Shown piece after piece: positions 8,824 through 20,223 of a stretch of DNA of 64,000 nt. Below the pieces are notes generated by a model that worked only from the letters and a program-made list of their open reading frames with translations, searched no databases and was not told where the DNA came from. The position numbers were made by a program, and so were the translations under genes. This DNA is from a bacterium (GTDB taxonomy: Bacteria; Hinthialibacterota; Hinthialibacteria; Hinthialibacterales; Hinthialibacteraceae), in NCBI GenBank assembly GCA_963662285.2, contig CAXXMV010000002.1, positions 896,001-960,000 of the forward strand. The letters run 5' to 3'. Position 1 is the stretch's first letter; every line of letters starts with the position of its first letter.

Positions 8824-10643
8824 ATTTGTCTAGCCCTGATCTGTTTCTGCAATTCTTCTGCTTTTTGGTTTTGTTGCTCTGCTTCACTACCGCGCTGCAA
8901 CCTGCGGTAAAATTCCGCTGCTCTCAGGTAGTAATCCGGCCTGGCGGGAAACAAGCGCTGTGCGGTTAATATCTCATCTAACGCCCGGTCAGTATATCCT
9001 AGCGCGAAGTAAGCGTCTGCGTAATCAGCCCGGATTGAAGCCCGAAGCGGCGCCCAGCGGACTGCTTGCTTCATATATTCCAAACGGCGCGCCTGAGCCG
9101 TAGGGGTGGGGATTGCGCTCCATAACAGACCCAGGCGCCGCCAAGATTCCGCATCCGTCCGGTCAAACAGCACGGCGTTTTCATAGGCTTGGCGCGCGTT
9201 AAGTTTTTGATCGCCCACCAGTAGATAGTGCCCGTTTAAGCGCGAGGTTTCGTTCCAGAAGCGGCATACTCCAAGCAATATCCAGATGATTGCCAAAGTA
9301 ATAGCGAAACTAGTGATAAACCAGGTTGAATGTTGTATCTGTTTTTGAGTAATTTTAGGGCGGTGGGAGATTCCCAATAAGAAAGCCGGGATGATCCACA
9401 TGCCCATTAAGTTATTATGAAAATCCACCAGGGATAAAAGCAGCAGTGAAATAAATGCGCCCAGCGCGGCCAGTGATTCAACTTTAATCTTGGTTCCTGG
9501 TTTCTGTTTGCTTTGTTTGCAGTAAAACCATAGCGGCGTTAAGACTAACCATAGAGATAGCAGCAGGCCGACTACTCCGCCTTCAGCCGCCGCTTCCAGC
9601 ACAAAGTTATGCGCATAATGCGCTTCCAGGTCGCCGGGGCGTAATACGCTGCAATAGGCTGCTTCATAGCCCTCAACGCCGACGCCCAGCCAGGGGTGAC
9701 CGGAGAAAGCCAGTAACGCCCCACGGAAAAAATGCGTCCGGGCTACGATGGTTGAGATAGTCAGCAGCCGCCCGCCAAAGAAGCCGCTTGGAATAAAAGC
9801 GATTACCAGCGTCATTACGATTGATGCGCCTATGATTATTCCAACCAGGTATTTCCATTTGAAAGTAAATCCCCGGTTATGCAGTTCATATCCAGCCATT
9901 AGCATTATTGACGCTGCAAGTACCATAAGCCCGCTGCGCGAAAAACTGCCATAGATTCCCCATAGCATCGCGGCGCCCATAATCGCTAATAAACCATGAA
10001 TAGCCCTGTTTTGCGCATGCTTCCATAAAGCCCACAGCGGCCATAAAGATAAAACCAGGTACCCGGCGAAATGATTGGGGTTGCCGAAGCGCCCCATAGC
10101 CCGGTTGGCTTCCAATGAGCGTATCATTTCACTGCGCATGTTATCGGGGAAAAATTGAGATGTTTTCAGCGATTCTATAGATGTTCCATGACCCATCCAC
10201 TGGACATATAAACCATGCAGAGCCGCTATAGCGCCGCCAATGGCCAATGCCCAGATCAATAGGCTCTGGGAACGCTCTGATAGGGGCATCACCAGCGCAA
10301 TGCCGTATACCAGCCAAATGCAGCATACCAGCATCGCTTTATCTTTGGCCCGGTAAACATCGGGACTGTAGAAATAACTCATGCAAATAAAGGCGAAGAG
10401 AATTACCAATGGCGCAAATAATGGCGCGGTACGTAGAGCGGTTATCAATCGGCTGCCTCCTATGCTATAGCCGATGATTCCGATGATAAGAAATAACGAC
10501 GAACGGAAAAAGAACTCAAATCCAGAATGAACGTGCTGCGGGAACAGAGGCGACAACAAGAAAAGAGCGGCTAACAAAAGAACCGCGATCAGTGAGATCG
10601 AATTATGTGATTCATCAAAGTTATCTTTTTGCATCATTCTCAA
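8820..10643 (-). CDS. O-antigen ligase (Wzy_C) family membrane protein with C-terminal TPR
   Basis: Multi-TM; FGNPNHFAGY, SFSRSG, HPWLGVG and YAHN motifs. Confidence 0.85.
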   Translation of the reverse strand: MRMMQKDNFDESHNSISLIAVLLLAALFLLSPLFPQHVHSGFEFFFRSSLFLIIGIIGYSIGGSRLITALRTAPLFAPLVILFAFICMSYFYSPDVYRAKDKAMLVCCIWLVYGIALVMPLSERSQSLLIWALAIGGAIAALHGLYVQWMGHGTSIESLKTSQFFPDNMRSEMIRSLEANRAMGRFGNPNHFAGYLVLSLWPLWALWKHAQNRAIHGLLAIMGAAMLWGIYGSFSRSGLMVLAASIMLMAGYELHNRGFTFKWKYLVGIIIGASIVMTLVIAFIPSGFFGGRLLTISTIVARTHFFRGALLAFSGHPWLGVGVEGYEAAYCSVLRPGDLEAHYAHNFVLEAAAEGGVVGLLLSLWLVLTPLWFYCKQSKQKPGTKIKVESLAALGAFISLLLLSLVDFHNNLMGMWIIPAFLLGISHRPKITQKQIQHSTWFITSFAITLAIIWILLGVCRFWNETSRLNGHYLLVGDQKLNARQAYENAVLFDRTDAESWRRLGLLWSAIPTPTAQARRLEYMKQAVRWAPLRASIRADYADAYFALGYTDRALDEILTAQRLFPARPDYYLRAAEFYRRLQRGSEAEQQNQKAEELQKQIRARQI

Positions 10644-12595
10644 AGTGAAGCCAAGTGATTAGAAAGCCATGATTCCAGCATCGCCATAGCAATGCACAGG
10701 AAAATAAGCAGCAAACGAAGGTCGATCCCGCCGTAAAATGAATCAATCTCCTTATCAATGGTTGATATATCAGCAAAGCGGATGCCGTATTGATCGGTAA
10801 GTTGCTGTTTCTCCCCGTTGGTCAGCAAGGTTAAATCAGATTCGACTCTGGCGCTGTAGTGTTTGAGTTGGCTGTTGATTTTTGACCGCGCAACTTCTTT
10901 GCCGATTTCCCACAATATTGGAGGCAGAATGGGTGAAAGCAGGGCGTTCGATTCGAGTAGTAATGATGTGTTGATTATCCAAATCCGCCCTTTTCCAATA
11001 GTTGACTGAGAGACTAGGTATGCTGTTTCTTCGCCGGATTTATAAGTGATCAACGGCTGCGCCCCATCGACTGTCATACGGCCATGACGATTGGGCGTCC
11101 AGTCCAGCCACATTGTTGTATCCCATGAAGATAATGTTTTAGCGAGTCGCCCGCTTTCGCTGATTGAGATCGAATCGGATTTAATATCAGAATCGGTCTG
11201 GTTTAACCATTGCCACCCGACTGAATCCAGCAAAAGATTCCAGGGTGTATTGGTCTGATTGTCGCTGCCAGTGAAGAGAACCACTGCACCGCCATTTTTT
11301 GTATATTCCATTGCTTGATCAGCGTTATCAGGGGCGAACTGCCCTTGTGCAAGGTTGTCGGCCAGAATAACCATATCCAAAGCCGCATCATAGGATATAT
11401 CCGGCAAGATCAGATTTTGAATGGTTACAGGCGGAGATTCTTTTGTCCCTTGCAAAGGATTAATGGCGGATGTCAGAATCGCCAAAACTGAATCATCCTC
11501 TTCTTGTTTTGAAACGATGCCTACCGTGAACCTGGATATTGCAGGAATTTGAATCTGGAGTTCATTGTCAAATGGCAACAGATCAAGCGGTTCCGCTCTT
11601 AGAACCAAGTCAATATCCTGTTTCTGATTGCTTGCTTGTTGCGATTCGCGCAAAAGTGAAAATTGGGTTGTGAATTGAAAAGGGATTTTAACCTGATTTT
11701 GCTGTATATCGGGATACGCAATTGAACGGGAATAAAGCGTCTCATCTGAGCTGGTGCGCAAGATGGAGATGGTTCCATTATCCAATGGTTCCTGCATCAT
11801 AGCGCCTGCGTTGCCAGTTATTGTTTCCCATCCGGCAATACCCCAGGGTGGCGACGATATCTCGCTTATTTCACACCAAGTGTTTGTAATTGGCGCCTCG
11901 CCGACAGTGACTACAAGCATCGGAGGCGTTGAGCCGTCCTCGATAACGCCATCCAGTATTGCCGACCATGGATAACGCTGCCCGTCGGTTATTAAAATAA
12001 TATTATTCATATCGATTGCTGACTGGTTTATGGCATCGAATAATGGGAGGACGGACGTTCCCTCTTCCTCAGGAGAGACGGAAAACAAGGCGTCTCGTTC
12101 TACCGCCGATAAAAATGATAACTGCGTCGTCCGGTTTGATTTGATTAGCGATTGATCCCATCGAATTGTTTGACTGGAGAAGCCGTATAGTTTGTTATTT
12201 ACTTGTTCCCAGGTTTGCTCCGCCTTACGCCACCAGGAATCGCCGCCTTGTCCATACCCCATACTGTAGGATGAATCCATCACAATGAGATAGTGTTGAA
12301 GAGTACGGCCAAAGGGAAGATAGGATAGAAATCCAGACTGGCTTTTTCCATCCCGCATCCATTTCGGGCCTGCTAAAGCAAAAATCAGCATAGCGATTAA
12401 TATGGTGCGCAGAATCAATAATAATAATTCCTGCAATTGGGGATTTATCAGTTCTTTATCTTCTGATTCACGCAAAAAATGAACCATAGGGAAATCTATA
12501 TGCCGGATGCGCTCTTCCTGTCTGCGCCGGAAAATCCAGGGAAGAGCCAAGAAGGGAAGCATCCACAACAACAAGGGGTTAGCAAATGTAAACAT
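10640..12595 (-). CDS. BatA-domain / vWA-like protein
   Basis: N-terminal FANPLLLW...LLLILR..ALAGP; DSSYSM and ITDG MIDAS-like motifs; C-terminal TM. Confidence 0.8.
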   Translation of the reverse strand: MFTFANPLLLWMLPFLALPWIFRRRQEERIRHIDFPMVHFLRESEDKELINPQLQELLLLILRTILIAMLIFALAGPKWMRDGKSQSGFLSYLPFGRTLQHYLIVMDSSYSMGYGQGGDSWWRKAEQTWEQVNNKLYGFSSQTIRWDQSLIKSNRTTQLSFLSAVERDALFSVSPEEEGTSVLPLFDAINQSAIDMNNIILITDGQRYPWSAILDGVIEDGSTPPMLVVTVGEAPITNTWCEISEISSPPWGIAGWETITGNAGAMMQEPLDNGTISILRTSSDETLYSRSIAYPDIQQNQVKIPFQFTTQFSLLRESQQASNQKQDIDLVLRAEPLDLLPFDNELQIQIPAISRFTVGIVSKQEEDDSVLAILTSAINPLQGTKESPPVTIQNLILPDISYDAALDMVILADNLAQGQFAPDNADQAMEYTKNGGAVVLFTGSDNQTNTPWNLLLDSVGWQWLNQTDSDIKSDSISISESGRLAKTLSSWDTTMWLDWTPNRHGRMTVDGAQPLITYKSGEETAYLVSQSTIGKGRIWIINTSLLLESNALLSPILPPILWEIGKEVARSKINSQLKHYSARVESDLTLLTNGEKQQLTDQYGIRFADISTIDKEIDSFYGGIDLRLLLIFLCIAMAMLESWLSNHLASL

Positions 12596-12649
12596 TAGTT
12601 ATATGTCCGGGCCTTAAGGCAATGATAAGATTAGAGTAATAGGGTAGCA

Positions 12650-13174
12650 CTAGTTGGCGATAGACTGGAGGCGGGAGCTAAGTTGAAGCGCTTCTTCGTT
12701 GGAAGGTTCAATTTCTAAAGCCTTGCGCATTGATTCTAGCGCTTTGCTGGTTTTGCCTTCAAGGTAATAAATCTTGCCCATGGCAATATGGGTTTCCGGA
12801 TCGACAGGATCGAGGGTTAACGATTTATTTATAAGTTGTTTAGCGGTATCAAATTTCTCCCGTTTAGCGAAAACCAGGGCCAGGTTGCGTGGATAAGCTG
12901 CATTTAAGCGATTTAGTTCGTATGCTTTTTGGAAACGGCGCTCAGCTAAATCCAGATCATTTCTCTCGAATGCGATAATCCCCAGTTGATTCCAGGATTC
13001 ATCGTTCTTGGAATCAACCTGCACGGCTTCCATAAAGGCCATTTCCGCTTCCTGGTTAAGTTTCTCCTTATGAAACTCGATACCGCGATTATATGCTGAA
13101 TATGGAGAATTAGCGCACGCATATAATACCAATAGTATTATCATCAACAAATAGCATCGGATTAAAAAATACAT
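12650..13174 (-). CDS. TPR repeat lipoprotein
   Basis: Tandem TPR motifs; LYAC lipobox-like signal. Confidence 0.8.
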   Translation of the reverse strand: MYFLIRCYLLMIILLVLYACANSPYSAYNRGIEFHKEKLNQEAEMAFMEAVQVDSKNDESWNQLGIIAFERNDLDLAERRFQKAYELNRLNAAYPRNLALVFAKREKFDTAKQLINKSLTLDPVDPETHIAMGKIYYLEGKTSKALESMRKALEIEPSNEEALQLSSRLQSIAN

Positions 13175-13224
13175 ACTATGTTATCTTTCAACATCGCCGA
13201 ACATACTGATTCAACGCAAGTTTA

Positions 13225-14091
13225 CTATTTCCCACCGGGAACGCGGAACTGGCAGACGCGTTCTTTGCCAGAGGCGTCATTGTGGATAACGAAATCCTCG
13301 AATCGGCGACGACGAACTTCGGTTCGTATTGACATCATCTGCTCGGGATCGGCTTCCAGAAGGATATATGCGCCAGGATTCAATATAGGCGCTGCGCCAT
13401 CCAGCACACTACGTATGAAAGTTAAGCCTTCCCGACCGCCATCAAGTGCGATTACCGGTTCGAAATCCTTGATTTGACTCGGTAACTTTGCGATATCATT
13501 CGATTTGACATAAGGCGGATTAGAAACCAGAATATCAAATCCGGTGCTCAGCGCATTACGCAAGGGAGCAAAGATCGGGCCTTCGCGCAACTCAACATAG
13601 TTTTGTAATTCATAGCGACGCACATTTATCGAGGCTACTTGAAGGGCGATATTGGATACATCAGTGCCCCAGAATTCACCATAATCCATATTCATCGCCA
13701 GTGATATAAGGACATTGCCGCTGCCAGTGCAGAGATCATAGATTTTCGGCGTATCACCCAATGTTTTTGCAATATCCAATGTCGCATCGACCAGCGTCTC
13801 TGTTTCCGGGCGTGGAATGAAAACCCCGTTGCTGATCGAAAACTGGATTGAATAGAATTCCACTTCTCCTGTGATATAGGGCATTGGTTCATGATGCGAA
13901 CGCCGTTGTAAAATCGCTTGCAGTTTCGAATCTTCCGAATTCGTCAAAGGGCGATTCGCTGAAGAAAGAACTTGAGAGCGCGTCAGCGACGTTGCATGAG
14001 CCACTAATAACTCCGCCGATAATCTTGGCGATTCCACTTTCTTTGTTTCCAGTACAGACGTGCAGTGTTCGACAGCCTCCAGAACATTCAT
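13225..14091 (-). CDS. prmC: Release factor glutamine methyltransferase
   Basis: IPRPETE, DLCTGSG and SNPPY motifs; directly downstream of prfA. Confidence 0.95.
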   Translation of the reverse strand: MNVLEAVEHCTSVLETKKVESPRLSAELLVAHATSLTRSQVLSSANRPLTNSEDSKLQAILQRRSHHEPMPYITGEVEFYSIQFSISNGVFIPRPETETLVDATLDIAKTLGDTPKIYDLCTGSGNVLISLAMNMDYGEFWGTDVSNIALQVASINVRRYELQNYVELREGPIFAPLRNALSTGFDILVSNPPYVKSNDIAKLPSQIKDFEPVIALDGGREGLTFIRSVLDGAAPILNPGAYILLEADPEQMMSIRTEVRRRRFEDFVIHNDASGKERVCQFRVPGGK

Positions 14092-14148
14092 TCTTAATAC
14101 TCCAATTCAATAAATTATTAATTGAATGTTTGGTTATTCTTTCGCCCC

Positions 14149-15225
14149 TTAAATTACAGCTTCGCCCATACGAGTAAGCTGATCTTCCCGGACAAGGGCG
14201 TCAACCAATTCATCCAAATTCCCCTCCATCATAGATTCAAGTCGATGTAAAGTAAAATTAATTCGATGATCTGTAACCCTGTTTTGAGGATAATTATATG
14301 TACGTATTCGTTCGCTGCGATCTCCAGAACCGACCATCAGTTTTCGTTTGGAGTGTTGCTCCTCGTCTAGTTTATCTTGTTCCAAATCAAATAAACGACT
14401 GCGCAGAACCTTTAAGGCGCGGGCGCGGTTCTTGTGCTGGGATTTCTCATCCTGGCAAGTAACCACCATTCCCGTTGGAATATGAGTTATTCGCACTGCG
14501 GAGTCGGTCGTATTTACGCTTTGCCCGCCAGGACCGGATGAACGATATACATCAACGCGAATATCTTCTGCAGCGATTTGAATATCTACTTCTTCAGCTT
14601 CCGGCAGTACGGCGACCGTGGCTGCGGATGTGTGAATGCGACCGGATGTTTCCGTCTCCGGCACCCGTTGGACGCGGTGCGTGCCGCCTTCATACTGCAT
14701 TCGGGCGAAGACATTGGTTCCGCTTATCATAAAGATAATCTCTTTAAATCCTCCGAGACCGGTTGGATTGGAAGACAGGACTTCTATATTCCAATCTTTG
14801 GATTCCGCGTAACGGCTATACATCCGAAACAGGTCGCCTGCGAATAATCCTGCTTCCTCGCCTCCGGTTCCCGCCCGTATTTCTATGATGGAGTTCCGGT
14901 TGGCGTTAGGGTCTTTGGGTTTTAGATGCTCTTCAAGTCTGTTTTGCAGATCGGCGTCTCGCTCTTCCAGTTCGGCTAGTTCTAACTGGGCCATTTCAAT
15001 CATGTCAGGATCGTCTGATTTTAAAAGACCGTTGACATCCTCAATCTCTTTTTGCAGTTGCATCCATTCCCGGTAATCATGAATGATGGGAATGATCTCT
15101 GAGTGTTTGCGGCTTAATTCAGCCATTCGTTCGCGATTAGACATAACCGAAGTATCACTTAGTTGAGTTTCGATATCTTCGCATCTGCTAACGATTTCTT
15201 GAAGTTTTTTTTCAAATTTTATCAT
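14149..15225 (-). CDS. prfA: Peptide chain release factor 1
   Basis: GGQ motif, PET anticodon-mimic (RVPETE), [11 protein letters not shown]. Confidence 0.97.
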   Translation of the reverse strand: MIKFEKKLQEIVSRCEDIETQLSDTSVMSNRERMAELSRKHSEIIPIIHDYREWMQLQKEIEDVNGLLKSDDPDMIEMAQLELAELEERDADLQNRLEEHLKPKDPNANRNSIIEIRAGTGGEEAGLFAGDLFRMYSRYAESKDWNIEVLSSNPTGLGGFKEIIFMISGTNVFARMQYEGGTHRVQRVPETETSGRIHTSAATVAVLPEAEEVDIQIAAEDIRVDVYRSSGPGGQSVNTTDSAVRITHIPTGMVVTCQDEKSQHKNRARALKVLRSRLFDLEQDKLDEEQHSKRKLMVGSGDRSERIRTYNYPQNRVTDHRINFTLHRLESMMEGNLDELVDALVREDQLTRMGEAVI

Positions 15226-15691
15226 CTTTAATCCATATCTGTACGGTTCCTGCTTTTACATCATTTAATTCATATACACTCTATTCTGTTCATCACGAAA
15301 ATCATAGTCATATTCTAAATTATTGATCTATTAAATGGAAATGATTTCTTGTTAAAAATTCCATGATATTTACGTTTAAGCGCTTCATATATAGTCCGTG
15401 AGGATTTATCGCTGATTTTTTTTGATAGTGACCAGCAACAAATTCAGGGAATTTCCGAAACACATTTTCACGATTAATATTGCATATTTTTTATTGAATA
15501 TATCATCTCTAATTTAAAATTATTATTGCTTGACAAATTAATTCTTCGATAAACCATTGCCATACATCTTCAAAATCGATAAAAACGATGTATAAATATT
15601 CTTGATGCGCCCATACCATTAAGGGTTTTATGGGCAATCTATAATCTAGATTCAAAATACTATACTAAAACGGCTAGGCAGGAAAAGAACT

Positions 15692-18415
15692 ATGGTTAAA
15701 CAGAATGTGTATTTCTTTGGCAACGGCAAAGCAGATGGCGCTGCAGCAATGAAGAATTTGCTCGGCGGCAAGGGCGCGAACTTGGCGGAAATGTCAAAAC
15801 TCAAAGTACCCGTCCCCGCTGGTTTCACGATCACTACGGAAATGTGCACTGAGTACAACAAAAATAAGGGTAAATACTCACCGGCTTTCAAAAAAGAAGT
15901 TGCAGCTAATCTTGCCAAAGTCGAAAAAGTTATGGGCAAGAAATTTGGCGATTCCAAGAATCCTCTTCTTCTTTCAGTTCGTTCCGGTGCGCGTAGCTCC
16001 ATGCCCGGTATGATGGAAACCATCCTGAATGTTGGCTTGAATGAAACCACTATCGAAGCAATCACCAAAAAAACCGGCAATCCTCGTTTCGTATGGGATT
16101 CTTATCGTCGTCTGATTCAGATGTACGCCGATGTCGTTATGGAAAAAGCCGCAGGCTTCGAACCAGAAGATGGCATGGGAATCCGGCCTCAGTTGGATGA
16201 GGAACTGGAAAAAATGAAAGAATCCCGCGGTATTAAGCAGGATTGCGATCTGACTGCTGAAGATCTTCAGGAATTAGTGAAAATCTATAAAGCGAAAATC
16301 ATAAAAGTCCTTAAAACACCCTTCCCGGATGATCCCGAACAGCAGTTGTGGGGTTCCATCAACGCAGTTTTCCAGTCCTGGAACGGAAAACGCGCTATAT
16401 CCTACCGACAGATCGAAGGCATCCCTGAAGAATGGGGCACAGCGGTTAACGTTCAATCAATGGTATTCGGCAATATGAGCAATGACTCAGCTACCGGCGT
16501 TGCTTTTACCCGTAACCCGGCCACTGGTGAAGACTGGTTCTACGGCGAATGGTTGGCCAATGCCCAGGGCGAAGATGTTGTCGCCGGTCTACGTACTCCC
16601 AACCCGATAAACAAAAAAGGCAAAACCGAACAGAGTAGACACCTTAAATCCCTTGATGAAATAATGCCTAAACTTTACAAAGAGCTTGATGGCATTCAGC
16701 AAAAACTGGAAAAGCACTACAAAGACATGCTCGACATCGAGTTTACCATTGAAGAAGGCAAACTATGGATGTTGCAATGCCGCGTTGGTAAACGTAATGG
16801 TCCAGCCGCTGTTCGCATGGCAGTTGAAATGCACAAATCAAAGATGATCAACGCCAAAACTGCTGTTCTTCGCGTGACGCCTTCTCAGTTGGACGAGCTG
16901 CTTCACCCCATCGTCGATCCATCTATAGAAAAGACTACCGCCGTCTTCGCTAAAGGTTTGCCAGCCGGTCCTGGCGGCGCCTGCGGCCAGATCGTCTTTT
17001 CGGCTGATGCTGCTGTTGAATGGGAGAAAAAAGGTAAAACGGTTGTCCTGGTTCGCACCGAAACCAATCCGGAAGATGTTTCAGGCATGCGTGCTGCTAT
17101 TGCTATTCTTACCGCCCGCGGTGGTATGACAAGCCACGCTGCTCTGGTCGCCCGTGGATGGGGCAAATGCTGCATCGTTGGCGCTGGCGCACTGGACATC
17201 AATTACAAAACCAAGACCATTACTGCTGGTGATGTTACATTGAAAGAAGGCGATTTCATTACTCTTAACGGATCAAAAGGTTATGTCTATAACGGTCAAC
17301 TGCCTTTGATCGATTCAGGAAAGAGCAATAAATACTTTGAAGCCTTCATGAAGATTTGTGATTCAATCCGTAAACTCAAAGTTAGAACAAATGCTGAAAC
17401 TCCTGAAGATGCTAAAATCGCTATACAGTATGGCGCTGAAGGCATCGGCCTATTCCGCACCGAACATATGTTCTATGGCGAAGGCTCCGAACAACCGCTT
17501 TCAAAATTGCGCAAAATGATCATGTCCAAGGATGTTACTGAGCGCAAGAAAGCTTTGAAGGAACTCTATCCTTTCCTTAAGAAAGATATCAAAGCAACTC
17601 TTTCCACTATGAACGGAATGCCTGTTACTTTCCGTCTGCTCGATCCTCCTCTGCATGAATTTGTTCCACAGGAAAAAGCAGAAATTGCGAAACTTTGCAA
17701 AGAGTTGGGCATTACTACGGCGGAATTTCAGAAACGCTCAGATATTCTTCATGAACTCAACCCCATGATGGGACATCGCGGCGTTCGTCTTGCCATCACT
17801 TATCCGGAAGTTGCTGAAATGCAGATTCGCGCGATTCTTGAATCATCCGCCGAATTGATTAAAGCCAAAAAGAAACCTCTGCCAGAAATCATGATTCCGG
17901 TTGTTTGCGGAGTAGGCGAATTAGTAGAAATGAAAGCGCTCTGCGAGAGCGTCTATAAAGATGTTCTGGAAAAATCCAAACTGAAAAAGATTCCTTACAT
18001 GTTTGGAACCATGATCGAGATTCCCCGCGCTTGCCTGGTCGCTGATAAGATCGCTGAAGTTGCTGAGTTCTTCTCCTTCGGAACCAACGACCTTACTCAG
18101 ATGGGCTTTGGATTCAGCCGCGACGATATCGGCGGTTTCCTGACCGATTATATCGAACAAGGCATCCTGCCTGACGATCCTTTCCAGACGATTGATCAGG
18201 AAGGCATCGGCGAACTTATCGAAGTTGCTGTTGAGCGTGGCCGCAAGGGACGCAAAGGCATCAAACTGGGCATCTGCGGCGAACATGGCGGCGAGCCGGC
18301 TTCGGTTGAATTCTGCCACCGCACTGGCCTGGAATACGTATCCTGCTCACCTTACCGAGTACCCATCGCCCGTCACTCCGCTGCTTGCGCCGTGGCCCGC
18401 GAAACAAAGAAATAA
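15692..18415 (+). CDS. ppdK: Pyruvate, phosphate dikinase
   Basis: LGGKGANL, SVRSGA, GGMTSHAA (phospho-His), EGIGLFRTEHMF and ICGEHGG motifs. Confidence 0.97.
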   Translation: MVKQNVYFFGNGKADGAAAMKNLLGGKGANLAEMSKLKVPVPAGFTITTEMCTEYNKNKGKYSPAFKKEVAANLAKVEKVMGKKFGDSKNPLLLSVRSGARSSMPGMMETILNVGLNETTIEAITKKTGNPRFVWDSYRRLIQMYADVVMEKAAGFEPEDGMGIRPQLDEELEKMKESRGIKQDCDLTAEDLQELVKIYKAKIIKVLKTPFPDDPEQQLWGSINAVFQSWNGKRAISYRQIEGIPEEWGTAVNVQSMVFGNMSNDSATGVAFTRNPATGEDWFYGEWLANAQGEDVVAGLRTPNPINKKGKTEQSRHLKSLDEIMPKLYKELDGIQQKLEKHYKDMLDIEFTIEEGKLWMLQCRVGKRNGPAAVRMAVEMHKSKMINAKTAVLRVTPSQLDELLHPIVDPSIEKTTAVFAKGLPAGPGGACGQIVFSADAAVEWEKKGKTVVLVRTETNPEDVSGMRAAIAILTARGGMTSHAALVARGWGKCCIVGAGALDINYKTKTITAGDVTLKEGDFITLNGSKGYVYNGQLPLIDSGKSNKYFEAFMKICDSIRKLKVRTNAETPEDAKIAIQYGAEGIGLFRTEHMFYGEGSEQPLSKLRKMIMSKDVTERKKALKELYPFLKKDIKATLSTMNGMPVTFRLLDPPLHEFVPQEKAEIAKLCKELGITTAEFQKRSDILHELNPMMGHRGVRLAITYPEVAEMQIRAILESSAELIKAKKKPLPEIMIPVVCGVGELVEMKALCESVYKDVLEKSKLKKIPYMFGTMIEIPRACLVADKIAEVAEFFSFGTNDLTQMGFGFSRDDIGGFLTDYIEQGILPDDPFQTIDQEGIGELIEVAVERGRKGRKGIKLGICGEHGGEPASVEFCHRTGLEYVSCSPYRVPIARHSAACAVARETKK

Positions 18416-18455
18416 ACAATAATCGGAAGAATCCGGTTATGATATGAAAAGTTAA

Positions 18456-18491
18456 CGGGGAAAATCCTGCAAGGATTTTCCCCGGTTTTTT
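18456..18491 (+). terminator. ppdK terminator
   Basis: cggggaaaatcct/aggattttccccg 13-bp stem followed by T6. Confidence 0.85.
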
Positions 18492-18525
18492 GTTAATAGA
18501 AATTATCTTTATTATTCAAAGCACA

Positions 18526-18609
18526 GTAGGGGCGCACCATCGTGGTCGCCCGATTATTAATATGCCTATGATTGCATAATCCGGGCGCCCCACAAGAGGC
18601 GCACCCTAC
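18526..18609. repeat. GTAG-type REP doublet (REPIN-like)
   Basis: gtaggggcgcaccatcgtggtcgcccg ... cgggcgccccacaagaggcgcaccctac: two inverted imperfect palindromes with GTAG/CTAC feet. Confidence 0.7.
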
Positions 18610-18631
18610 GCAAATCACATGATCATCTGGA

Positions 18632-20053
18632 TCACATCTTCTTCCAGCGCAACAGGCGAACGCCCGCTTTGGCCTTGCGGTAGAATTCTTCAAAACTTCC
18701 CACGGCCAGCATACGCTTGATCAAGTATCCCGGACGCATATAAAACCGCTTGTAACCCGAGCGCATGATCTCTATCAATTCCTCGCGTGAGAGTATTTGA
18801 TCCCAAACCCGTGGGGCGAATCCCGGTTGGGGATCACGGGCGAATTTCTGCCAGAAATCGTGATCGTAAAATCCATTCTGCAAACCCCAGCGGTACAGTT
18901 CCGTACTTGGGAAAGGCGTGGTGATGGCGATATGCACGAAATCAGCGGCTATTGAACAGGCGAATTTGAGCGTATCTTCGATCTGCTCCGGCGTCTCATC
19001 GGGGAAACCAATCATGAAATAGCCCAGGGTTGATATGCCGTGGTCACGCGTCATCTGGAAAACTTCTTTGGTGCGATCCAGTTTAATGCCTTTTTTTATC
19101 AGTTTCAGTATATCCTGGTTGCCCGATTCAACGCCATAATGAATCCGGCTGCAACCCGCTCCGGCAAGAGCTTCCAGCACCTCTTCGTCAATGGTGTTGA
19201 TATGCGCCCGGATATCCCAACTGATGTTGATCTTGTTCTCAATTATGGCCCGGCAAATATCCAGCACCCGGTCTTTGCGTATCGAGAAAGTATCGTCATA
19301 TACAAAAATCTCACCGATGCCCATATCGCTGCATAACTGCATCTCCTTAATCACGCTCTCCGCGCTGCGATAGCGGAACTTTTTACCCAAATGAGGCCGG
19401 TCGCAATAAATGCATTTCATCGGGCATCCCCGGCTGGTCATCATTGTGGTGATGGGATTTCTTTTGGCCAGTACCGAATAATAACGATCCTGGGGTACAA
19501 GATGACGAGCGGGCATAGGCAATCTGTCTAAATCTTCAATCAACGGCGGACAATCGTTCAAATGTACTATGCCATTTTTTTTGTAACCCAATCCATTTAT
19601 GTTGTTTAGGTCGCCGTTGCCGCCTATTGCTTCGATCAGGCCGCTGAAACTCTCTTCCGCCTCTCCACGAATTATGAAATCCACTTCAGGAATTTGCAGC
19701 GTCTCTTCAGGATAAATGAAGACATGGGGGCCGCCAATTACCACTTGGATGGCAGTATCAATACGCTTGACGGTTTTCGCCGTGATTATAGTATCTATCA
19801 GAGTGAACGTCGTAGCCTGGATGCCGACCAGATCAGGTTTTCTTTTTCGTATCTCATCTTCCAGTTGTTCATAACTGAATCGCTCTGCGGGACAGTCCAG
19901 CACCTCAATTTGGCTGGAGGTTCCCTGTTCAGCGAAACTGGCGACATAAAGCAGACCGAGGGGTGGATAAATGCCACTCTCTTCATCTACTACTGACGGA
20001 ACGTTAGTAGTAATCATATTGTGTTCTGGAGGCTGTATAAGTAATACTCGCAT
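18632..20053 (-). CDS. B12-binding domain radical SAM protein
   Basis: PPLGLLY, GGPH, SRGCPMKCIYC (CxxxCxxC) and GVESG motifs; start moved to MRVLLIQPP to avoid overlap with purB. Confidence 0.9.
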   Translation of the reverse strand: MRVLLIQPPEHNMITTNVPSVVDEESGIYPPLGLLYVASFAEQGTSSQIEVLDCPAERFSYEQLEDEIRKRKPDLVGIQATTFTLIDTIITAKTVKRIDTAIQVVIGGPHVFIYPEETLQIPEVDFIIRGEAEESFSGLIEAIGGNGDLNNINGLGYKKNGIVHLNDCPPLIEDLDRLPMPARHLVPQDRYYSVLAKRNPITTMMTSRGCPMKCIYCDRPHLGKKFRYRSAESVIKEMQLCSDMGIGEIFVYDDTFSIRKDRVLDICRAIIENKINISWDIRAHINTIDEEVLEALAGAGCSRIHYGVESGNQDILKLIKKGIKLDRTKEVFQMTRDHGISTLGYFMIGFPDETPEQIEDTLKFACSIAADFVHIAITTPFPSTELYRWGLQNGFYDHDFWQKFARDPQPGFAPRVWDQILSREELIEIMRSGYKRFYMRPGYLIKRMLAVGSFEEFYRKAKAGVRLLRWKKM

Positions 20054-20223
20054 AAAAAAATACCTGATTTTATTTGTGAAAAAATTAAGTTCAGTATGAT
20101 TATAGATGGATTTTGTTTTGTTGATACTGGCTGATTTGTTCTCATTTAAGCGCTTGACGCTTCGCCAGACCAATAAGTTGAGGTAAACTTCTCTTTTATT
20201 ATTTCGTTGGAGGCTATAAAAAA

